64,000 bases of DNA from Candidatus Woesearchaeota archaeon (lineage in GTDB: Archaea; Nanobdellota; Nanobdellia; Woesearchaeales; GCA-023898365): assembly GCA_023898365.1 (NCBI GenBank), contig CP060219.1, forward strand, positions 932,444-996,443. Direction: 5' to 3'. How positions within the stretch are numbered: position 1 is the stretch's first letter; each line of letters opens with the position of its first letter. Shown piece by piece: positions 57,801-64,000 of the stretch. Both the position numbers and the translations under genes were made by a program. The notes beneath the pieces are model-generated. The model did not search any database and was not told the origin of the DNA. It saw nothing but the letters and a program-made list of their open reading frames with translations.

Positions 57801-60800
57801 AATATTATAACTAATACCATCTTCAGTGCCATTGTTTGTTACCGTAACAACAAAGGAAACACTGGCAGTGTCCGAATTATTAATGAGCGCACCACTCGCA
57901 TTCACAGTAATGTTCACATCATAAATCACTGGACCTGGTGTGTCTGCTGTCGTAAAGTTATATGGTCCTGTTGTGTTACAGTTAGCACTAGCATCACAAC
58001 TCGAGACGTTATAATAGTAGAACGTACTATTCGTAAGGCCGGTCAAGTACACGCTATGACTTGTTCCCATACTCGCGTTCACTGTCGTGCCATCACCTAA
58101 TGCTAAGGTAGTGCCGTAAGCAACACTTGCATTCGCCGACTCGTTCGTCGTCCAAGTAATAAACGCAGTCGTATTCGTTACCGTACCGTTTGCCACACTC
58201 GTAATCTGAGGGGCAACAATATCAACAGCTGCAGCAGTTGTCACATTGAATGGTCCTGCAACATCACAATTATCACTACCATCACAAACTGTGACATTAT
58301 AATAATACAACGTACTAGGTGTCAAACCAGTAACCGAAACATTATGCGTCACCGACAAAGTAGCATTAACCACTTCACCATCACTAAGCGCAAGCGTCGT
58401 ACCATACAAGACACTCATGTTACCAGCTTCACCAGTTGTGGCCATGTTCACTTGGAAGCTCGTATTTGCAACTGACGTATTTGTCACACTACTAATGACA
58501 GGAGCGACTGTATCCAGCACCGTTAAGGTAAAGGTTGGCAACGTCATATTATTTGCAGAATCATTATTTTGAGCAACCGTCACAACAAAATTGTACGTGC
58601 CAGGCGTAGCATCACCAACGGTAAGCGAGATCATTCGAGACTCACCACTATCAATAACCACTCCTGAATCATTCTGCACATCATAATCTGCGCTATTTGG
58701 ATCGGTGTGCGTTACAAGATACGTCACACTCGTCGTGTTCGTACCATTATTATGCACATTAATGTAGAACGTTGCATTTTGCGATTCTATCACACTCGCA
58801 CTCGTTCCATTTGATGTAGCATTCACATCATACACTGCAGGAGGAATGGTTGCCAATGTTGTGAAATTATGCGGTCCTGTCGTGTTACAGTTACCTGCTG
58901 CATCACACGAAGTGACATTAAAATAATGAAGCGTCGCAGGAGTCAAACCACTTACATAAACACTTTGAGAAAGACCCATCGTCGCATTGACAGTTGTCCC
59001 ATCGCTCAAAGCAAGTGTCGTACCATAACTTACGCTAGCGTTTGCACTCTCACCAGTACTCCAAGTGATTACCGCACTCACATCAGTGATAGAACTGCTC
59101 AAAACAGTAGTAATGTTTGGAGCTACTATATCAGCTGCAGCCAAGGTGGTAAAGTTGTATGGACCACTAACTTTACAGTTAGCACTCGCATCACAACTGG
59201 TCACATTATAAAAGTACATTGTTGCAGGTGTAAGACCTGAAAGCGAGATGTTGTGCACTGTAGCAAGCGTTACATTAATTTCTTCACCATCGCCAAGAGC
59301 GGTCGTTGTACCATACCTGACACTGCTGTTAGCAGCCTCATTCGTACCCCAATTTACCTGCGCGCTCGTATTTGCAACTGACGTATTTGTCACACCACTA
59401 ATCGTTGGTGCGTTTGTGTCATTAACGGTCAATGTAAGCGTGACAGTTGTCGCATTCACACTTGAGTCGCTATTTCTCATTGCCGTGACGTTATACACGT
59501 AGGTACCTGGCGTTGTATCACTAACAGTTAGCTTTACAACAGTGGTTTCTCCACTATCAAGCGTGACACTTGACGTGTTCAAAGATGCAACATCACTGCC
59601 AGTAGCATTATTGACAGTCACATTATATACAACAGCGTTTGCAGTACCATTATTACCAATAGTTATGGAAAAAGTACCATTTGTTGTTTCTGTAGTTGAA
59701 ATTGTTATTGGACTTGCAGATACGTTCACACTATAAATTGGTGCTGCTGGTGTGTCTGCTGTTGTAAAGTTATATGGTCCTGTTGTGTTGCAATTACCTG
59801 CAGCATCACATCCACTGACGTTATAATAATACAACGTGCTGTTAGTCAAACCTGTTAGTAAAGCGTAATGCCCAGTTCCTAATGTTGCATTGTAATAAGC
59901 ACCATCGCTCAAAGCAAGTGTCGTACCATACGCAACTGTTGAGTTTGCCGCTTCACCTGTAGTCCAACTGATCACCGCGCTCACATTCGTTACCGTGCCA
60001 TTAGCAACACCAGTAATCGTAGGAGCAACAATATCAGCTGCAGCCAAAGTGGTTACGTTGTACGGTCCACTGGTTGCACAGTTACCTGCTGCATCACACG
60101 AAGTGACATTATAATAGTAAAGAGTGCTTGGTGTCAAACCAGTTATCGACTCATTATGCGTTGTTGCAACACTGCTGTTTGTCACACTACCACCAGATAA
60201 GGCAAGCGTGGTTCCGTAAGCAACACTTAAGTTTGCCGCTTCAGTTGTAGCAACATTTACTTGGAAACTCGTATTTGCAACTGACGTATTTGTCACACCA
60301 CTAATCGTAGGAGGCGTTGTATCATTAACTGTTAACGTAAGCGTTCCCGTACTAGCATTAATCGCGGAATTATTATTAACTCTCGCGGTAGCCACAAATT
60401 GATACGTGCCTGGAGTAGAATCACTCACATCTAAGCGAACAATACCGCTCTCTCCACTATCTAGCACCACAGTGCTCGTATTTTGAAGATCAAAATCCGC
60501 ACTATTCACATCAGTATGCGTAATAACATAGGTCACACCAGTTGTGTTCGTACCATTATTCGTAACAGTAATGTAAAATGACGCATTACCATTTTCCACA
60601 ATACTCTCAGCACTACTATTCACACTCACCTGCACATCGTAAACAGCAGGAATTGCTGGTGGAGGAGTTGCAGCAGTCGTAAAGTTATATGGTCCTGTGG
60701 TGTTACAATTTGGAACAGCATCACAGGCGGTGATATTATAGTAATATAATGTACTATTCGTCAAGCCAGTGAGTAACGCATAATGACTAGTTCCCGTAGT

Positions 60801-63800
60801 AGCATTGGTGTGCGTTCCATCACTAAGCGCAAGAGTCGTACCATACGCAACTGTTGAGTTTGCCGCTTCACCAGTACTCCAAGTAAGAACAGCACTCACA
60901 TTCGTTACCGTGCCATTAGCAACACCAGTAATCGTAGGAGCAACAATATCAGCCGCAGCCAAGGTGGTAAAGTTATACGGACCTGTCGTGTTACAGTTAC
61001 CTGCAACATCACAACTACTTATATTATAATAATACAAAGTGCTAGGAGTTAAGCCGCTTAATGACAAGTTATGAACTGTGTCAAGACTTGCATTAACAAC
61101 AACCCCATCACCTAATGCTAAGGTAGTTCCATAAGCAACACTACTATTACTTGCTTCGTTTGTAGCCCAATTAACTTTAGCACTCACATTAGCAATTGAA
61201 TTATTAATCACATTACTGAATGTAGGGGCAACCGTATCATTAACTGTTAACGTAAGCGTTCCCGTACTAGCGTTGACAGCACTATCATTAGCTTGTGAGG
61301 CAGTAACCACGAACTGATATGTGCCTGGCGTCGCGTCACTTACTGTTAACGAAATAATGCCACTCATACCACTGTCAAGCGTAATATTACTTGCATTCTG
61401 AGTATCAACATCTGCACTGTTTGGATCAGTGTGAGTGACATCATAAAACACCCCGGTCGTATCCGTACCGTTATTTGTTACTGAAATATAGAATGTTGCA
61501 CTCTGAGACTCAACAGTGTTAAGGCTCGTACCATTCGTAGAAACTTGCACCCCATACACTGCAGGTGTAGGTGCTGCTGGTGTATCTGCTGTTGTGAAGT
61601 TATATGGTCCTGTGGTGTTACAATTTGGAACAGCATCACAGGCAGTGATGTTATAGTAATATAATGTACTATTCGTCAAGCCAGTAAGTAACGCATAATG
61701 ACTAGTTCCCGTAGTAGCATTGGTGTGCGTTCCATCACTCAAAGCAAGAGTCGTACCATACGCAACTGTTGAGTTTGCCGCTTCACCAGTACTCCAAGTA
61801 AGAACAGCACTCACATTCGTAACTGTACCATTAGCAACACCAGTAATCGTAGGAGCGGTAACATCTGCAGCTGGAGTTGCTGTTAATTGCAGCACCAAAT
61901 CATCATTCGAGTTGAACGTGACCGTTGCATTGTTTGCCAAGGTGGATGTGATGTTGAAGGTGTATGTTCCTACAACTGATGCTTGCATAGTAAAGTTTGT
62001 AACAAAGCTCGCGTTCGTTGCAAGCACCACATTATTTACAGTGGTCGTTCCATTCAACCATGCTGTTGTATTTGCATTTTTCTCAATAGAGAAGTTATAC
62101 GATCGAGATACATTATCTCTATTAGTGATGTTCATAAGAACGGACACATTAACATTTACTGCTTCAGTTCTTGTTGCATTGGTTAAGTTTGCATAGGTCA
62201 AATTATACGTTATTGCTCCAGAACTATAGGTGGAAAATCCAAGTGTTGTTGGAATTCTCCAAATAGTATAATCTGGTGTTGAAGATACTAAAGCAACGCC
62301 TTGTGTTTGCGTTACATCTGTGCAACTTGTTCCAGAATCATCACAGTGATACAAATAGTCATCTTCGCCATTTGGCACTTGAATCAATAAATAATCCGTT
62401 CCAAACTTTTGCACTAATTCAAGCCAATCTGCATGTTCCATTCCCATGAAATCATCGTTATCCCCGGTGCTGTTCGCTAAGAATGCGCCAGTGAAATCGA
62501 TAATGTCTGCTTGCGAAAAGTCAAGGCCGACAAAGGTAATAGACCAATTGTCTGCTGCAGTTGCGTTAGGATTCAAGAAAGTTAAATTAACTCCAAACGA
62601 TGAGAAGTTAAAGTCTCCAACTCCAATATCCACGCCATTTGCCAGTATAGTGAGATCGCCTAGTGGATCAGAAGGATTTCCTTGTCCTGTGTAGTTGAAC
62701 TGCATGGAAACATTTTGTGCTGCCGCCGCCGTTGTAAAGTTCAAGCATTTAGACCTGGCGGTAAGATTTGCTTGATCTCTTGATCGAAGTTTGTAATAGT
62801 AGGCAGTATTTGGCTCTAATGAGTATCCAAGTGAATTATACTCAAGTACGACATGATGCCATGATTTGAAGTCATCAAATGTTGATTCTGCCATGCCATA
62901 ATCGAACACGGTTGCGTTGAGTTGTGTACAACCACTTGATTTATTGTAGAACAAGACACTACCGTTTGTTGGTTCATCATTAAGCCATTTGACAAAGGCA
63001 AGGTCTGATGAAACTTCAACTTCGCTATGTATAACATGGGGGGTCGTCGTATCTGCTAATGGACTATAGGTTGATTGCCCCGCACAATTAGGAGCCATTG
63101 CACATTCTGAATCATCACAATTTGTAAATCCATCAACGTCTTCGTCTCCTGGTGCAATGCAGTCTTCGAATGGCATATACTCGCCACCACCCAAATACAT
63201 AAATTCTGAGCCACATTGCGATGGGTTTTCAAAGCAATTGATTGGTTCAAACTCAATTGTTCCAGGCGTGTAATACGCATTCTCAGCAGCATCAAACGCA
63301 TATAGATTTGAGAAGTTTGCCCATGATCCATTTATGACAAAGATGCTAAAGCGCATATCGTCTTTTGGATTTCCTATGTCAGTTTTGTCAAGAACAACAG
63401 GAACAAAATTTCCTCCAGGGAATTCTGGATCTTCAGGCTCACATTCAACAGCGAAATAATTAAAGCCGTTTTCTGGATGTTGAGGATCTACCGGATCAAC
63501 TACCTGTACTGGAAGCACCGTTCCATCTTTTAACACCCACTCGCCTCTAAAGCAAGCCCAAAGTTGTCGGGTGTTATTGATTGTATAATTGATACCAGTG
63601 TAGTTTCCATATTTAACAAGGAATTCAAATCCTGTTTTTGTTGCGCCATTCACCGTAAGATTACATCCGCTTGAAAGGTTTGCATCGTTATCAATGCCGT
63701 ACAAATATTTTCTTGCAGATAAAGAACCACCACAAACATGCAATTCTGCTGTGCTACTTACAAACGCGCCAAGACCCATTCCTAAATCAGTCATAACAGC

Positions 63801-64000
63801 AATAACTGCTTTAATTTCTGTTGAAGCATTGGCTACTGTTGAATCAGCCGCATTATCATGTTTTAAGTCAAGAATGTTTGGCTCTTGCATACCCATTAAA
63901 CGCACCAACTGCGCATCATACTCATCATAGCCTTGATACGTGCCAACAAGTGTGTTGATATGAGCTCCACAGAATCGTGCGCTGTCTTGACAAGAACCTT
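51879..64000 (-). CDS. Giant cell-surface protein (more than 4,039 aa, N-terminus outside the window): FN3 / CARDB-like / Ig-like repeat protein with a C-terminal TM anchor
   Basis: The listed start at 63908 is TTG. I translated the 30 codons upstream (63909-63998) and found no stop, so the ORF runs off the window. FN3-like modules (YGTT..L..G......H...L.GL.P.T.YYYN..SCD..GNC) alternate with CARDB-like modules. WYT-containing Ig-like modules follow. The C-terminus is an acidic S/T/P/E linker, the hydrophobic helix GALFLALGLLAILAIVV, and a basic tail HDKKKHRHLHNHK. Confidence 0.9.
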   Translation of the reverse strand, partial: GSCQDSARFCGAHINTLVGTYQGYDEYDAQLVRLMGMQEPNILDLKHDNAADSTVANASTEIKAVIAVMTDLGMGLGAFVSSTAELHVCGGSLSARKYLYGIDNDANLSSGCNLTVNGATKTGFEFLVKYGNYTGINYTINNTRQLWACFRGEWVLKDGTVLPVQVVDPVDPQHPENGFNYFAVECEPEDPEFPGGNFVPVVLDKTDIGNPKDDMRFSIFVINGSWANFSNLYAFDAAENAYYTPGTIEFEPINCFENPSQCGSEFMYLGGGEYMPFEDCIAPGDEDVDGFTNCDDSECAMAPNCAGQSTYSPLADTTTPHVIHSEVEVSSDLAFVKWLNDEPTNGSVLFYNKSSGCTQLNATVFDYGMAESTFDDFKSWHHVVLEYNSLGYSLEPNTAYYYKLRSRDQANLTARSKCLNFTTAAAAQNVSMQFNYTGQGNPSDPLGDLTILANGVDIGVGDFNFSSFGVNLTFLNPNATAADNWSITFVGLDFSQADIIDFTGAFLANSTGDNDDFMGMEHADWLELVQKFGTDYLLIQVPNGEDDYLYHCDDSGTSCTDVTQTQGVALVSSTPDYTIWRIPTTLGFSTYSSGAITYNLTYANLTNATRTEAVNVNVSVLMNITNRDNVSRSYNFSIEKNANTTAWLNGTTTVNNVVLATNASFVTNFTMQASVVGTYTFNITSTLANNATVTFNSNDDLVLQLTATPAADVTAPTITGVANGTVTNVSAVLTWSTGEAANSTVAYGTTLALSDGTHTNATTGTSHYALLTGLTNSTLYYYNITACDAVPNCNTTGPYNFTTADTPAAPTPAVYGVQVSTNGTSLNTVESQSATFYISVTNNGTDTTGVFYDVTHTDPNSADVDTQNASNITLDSGMSGIISLTVSDATPGTYQFVVTASQANDSAVNASTGTLTLTVNDTVAPTFSNVINNSIANVSAKVNWATNEASNSSVAYGTTLALGDGVVVNASLDTVHNLSLSGLTPSTLYYYNISSCDVAGNCNTTGPYNFTTLAAADIVAPTITGVANGTVTNVSAVLTWSTGEAANSTVAYGTTLALSDGTHTNATTGTSHYALLTGLTNSTLYYYNITACDAVPNCNTTGPYNFTTAATPPPAIPAVYDVQVSVNSSAESIVENGNASFYITVTNNGTNTTGVTYVITHTDVNSADFDLQNTSTVVLDSGESGIVRLDVSDSTPGTYQFVATARVNNNSAINASTGTLTLTVNDTTPPTISGVTNTSVANTSFQVNVATTEAANLSVAYGTTLALSGGSVTNSSVATTHNESITGLTPSTLYYYNVTSCDAAGNCATSGPYNVTTLAAADIVAPTITGVANGTVTNVSAVISWTTGEAANSTVAYGTTLALSDGAYYNATLGTGHYALLTGLTNSTLYYYNVSGCDAAGNCNTTGPYNFTTADTPAAPIYSVNVSASPITISTTETTNGTFSITIGNNGTANAVVYNVTVNNATGSDVASLNTSSVTLDSGETTVVKLTVSDTTPGTYVYNVTAMRNSDSSVNATTVTLTLTVNDTNAPTISGVTNTSVANTSAQVNWGTNEAANSSVRYGTTTALGDGEEINVTLATVHNISLSGLTPATMYFYNVTSCDASANCKVSGPYNFTTLAAADIVAPNITTVLSSSITDVSAVITWSTGESANASVSYGTTLALSDGTTVNATMGLSQSVYVSGLTPATLHYFNVTSCDAAGNCNTTGPHNFTTLATIPPAVYDVNATSNGTSASVIESQNATFYINVHNNGTNTTSVTYLVTHTDPNSADYDVQNDSGVVIDSGESRMISLTVGDATPGTYNFVVTVAQNNDSANNMTLPTFTLTVLDTVAPVISSVTNTSVANTSFQVNMATTGEAGNMSVLYGTTLALSDGEVVNATLSVTHNVSVTGLTPSTLYYYNVTVCDGSDNCDVAGPFNVTTAAAVDIVAPQITSVANGTVTNTTAFITWTTNESANASVAYGTTLALGDGTTVNASMGTSHSVYLTGLTNSTFYYYNVSSCDASANCNTTGPYNFTTADTPGPVIYDVNITVNASGALINNSDTASVSFVVTVTNNGTEDGISYNITRTNANSATTATINDSSLTLDSGASADVLLTVGDPDAGIYQFTVTATQSTNGAVFATTPTITLVVVDTQAPIISSVVNASITNISFVVNWTTHESANASIAYGTTVDLSDGVVTNATLTTNHSVPVTGLTNSTLYYYNITSCDGDDNCNTTGPYTVTTAATIVPSGADVNATVVSATASATESTTAVFYALFTNNGTLDNVTYDITRVNTNSADTATLNTSNVTLDIGASALVSLTVGDTTPGTYQFTITATKNDEPTVTATTTTLTLTVNDTVAPVITAVTNQSIRDTSVSIGWLTDEAANSSINYGTTSALGSSTGNASLVTAHNFTISSLLNGTLYYYAVTSCDATGNCNTTGQYTFTTAEAEIYGVHIAVNATSASVNESTTKDFLVTVTNNGTLDALLYNLTLYNINSADTGTVNASNITLDSSASGSALLTVGDTTPGTYTFKVEAMQANDSSVWANTSTITLTVVDTTVPTVTASSPAATAYTNLSSQKFTVDLSDAYDATLSCGIYVNGSLNATNASMSAAANQNITVSGFAQGTYAWLVGCTDAAGNTANSTARTLIVDLTDPVTTISLTGTQGSNTWYTSSVSVNFSVTELYANNTWVNNGSLVNWDQTPFTVSSEGNTTITYYSVDLAGNVETANQQNIGIDSVAPVINALTANRTGVMANSSINSSEAVQFIINVTEANPWYIEFAENGVGQANVSFTSDANTTVSWTNAANYVESSVALSLTVYDLAGQSVASTIINISVNDTTGPSVALTLPADDTATTSRAVTFTYTGTDALSLASCTLNIYNSTDELINTTTNASMTSGLADTYAYTFAADGQYDWNVTCLDNSANLGVSSTYNVTVDTAGPVITPTIWTGTEGDNSWYTTNILLNLSAVDAVSDVATLQYRIRDGSWTTYTAPFNVTRTGVVRYRANDTLGTMTTGNVSYSIDKVAPTVTGVINGTKSNGVYVTAATVALTVTEPELYGDSGIAGTYYSTNGGTSYTAYTVPFNLNSDGTYNIIAYSVDNAGNNNSGVTGKQYTKTVIVDTTAPVVSVLTHTNDQTVSGIQSINVSSSAPGVVMEVFRNGTSQGFIANNTLYNFTYTWDTAGISDGTYNLSFRATEHGALTHTASVRLIVDNTLPTVTITTPASDGLNYSSSTLMVIGNTSETTSSINISINGGAYTTVANVSGTNWNYTITSFLQGVNTIAVQVGDGIGNAGSTTAYVNYDNASPVVSNIYATPNPARTTTTSVTVTARVTDTNPLTSVTADLNGSNVTMTASGSTYTGTWSTLPATDGSYTVTIRAEDVYSNTVEDTSYSVVINDTLPTIVFNISNGDYLSNGSLVNIQVMNSDTTWFNSTDNVTPTSISGGVANYTVNGVESASLTLYVWANSSTGYNVTSVVTIVVDSVTPEMMFNITPAYTTANSINVTATANDTNLKDVRVNGLVASYNGTVYYKRISLTNNANNTITVVATDESGKTNTSTDYIYRDSTVPVTSYTLSPSSVNGRNGYYTTNVLASFTSTSGGSNRTTLIWRNSTTGWVAATNYTFKETNNRTIKYRTVDAAGNVEATKTLTVNVDTTAPVVTQAALALPARPQQGVDEVTLNFSATGSLYAALNVTDPNGTRTAYTLSPTNNRYTYTFEPFDTLGRYRFNVSIIDLAGNVVRTRTNVSVVEVVRFENIEANANESIVINGSRVNATVNISTNASVGNGAMNITLDEESPYDNTTINDSLKYITFDESADLTAAIRWVILRMYYTDEEVNESGLNETGLFLSWYNETNHTWSRLSSAMDFVNATGVNESHNYVWANVTHFSSYGLSGDRLLCADIFTNAAVTQGCYDSLNVYRDSGYICSGVWRATACPGSSTPAEEETTPSSSSSPSLPATEEEPEEEVETAPETIPDQEPASVADTTNDGDGLGEQLDTTDVDTSDTDDEGQGLADLLSQKGTGALFLALGLLAILAIVVSHWWHDKKKHRHLHNHK
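56380..61880 (-). repeat. In-frame tandem array of about 6 supermodules (FN3 / CARDB-like / FN3), period about 903-915 bp
   Basis: The conserved junction sequence (cagtaatcgtaggagc and variants) recurs ending at 61856, 60941, 60026, 59123 and 58214. That gives spacings of 915, 915, 903 and 909 nt. The protein shows the matching repeat pattern. Confidence 0.85.
60682..60941 (-). repeat. 260-bp near-identical copy of 61597-61856 (one FN3 module)
   Basis: By hand alignment there are 8 mismatches in 260 nt with an offset of exactly 915 nt. The encoded 88-aa modules (APTITGVANG...GPYNFTT) are identical. Confidence 0.85.

Noticed and set aside
56380-61880. Regular ~0.9-kb periodicity considered as a possible CRISPR-like or non-coding repeat array
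   Set aside because: The period is far too long for CRISPR. The repeats are in frame within one continuous ORF and encode recognisable FN3 and CARDB-like domains.
52482-62694. Many plus-strand ORFs of 64-208 aa, some nearly identical to each other (for example 60805-61029 and 61720-62196)
   Set aside because: They are shadow frames of the giant minus-strand ORF. Their mutual similarity simply mirrors the tandem repeats of that gene.

Overview
This is a gene-dense 64-kb fragment that reads as archaeal chromosome, probably from a small-genome DPANN-like lineage (that assignment is inference). Archaeal markers include aIF5B, ribosomal proteins L15e and S17e, Alba, Cbf5, Trm1, NucS/EndoMS, archaeal-type TIM and GluRS, and a DRG GTPase. 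TTTATAAA-type TATA boxes sit in most intergenic gaps. There are five tRNA genes: an initiator-type Met with A1:U72, Val, Ser, and Tyr and Glu with anticodon-loop introns. Bacterial-flavoured genes are mixed in: HU, class II LysRS, RpiB, dPGM, RimK with its retropepsin-like partner protease, and a two-component pair.

Three regions stand out.
1. Positions 1-5080 form a lower-GC block. It holds a 5'-truncated type I restriction hsdR followed by three translationally coupled genes: a Zn-ribbon PD-(D/E)XK-like protein, a DUF2779-type Cas4-like nuclease/exonuclease, and a small 3-TM protein. This is a candidate undescribed defence module. It is followed by a 1.1-kb extremely AT-rich non-coding spacer.
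2. Positions 8792-13460 hold a tightly overlapped lysS / aspartic protease / rimK / gltX unit.
3. Positions 51879-64000 are a single minus-strand ORF of more than 4,039 codons, still open at the window edge. It encodes a giant, sequon-saturated, C-terminally anchored surface protein. Its core is a ~0.9-kb-period tandem array of FN3 / CARDB-like / FN3 supermodules.

No CRISPR array, transposase or integrase was seen. All family assignments come from motif recognition by eye; no database search was run. The supplied ORF track translates TTG/GTG starts as M, so several start codons are uncertain.
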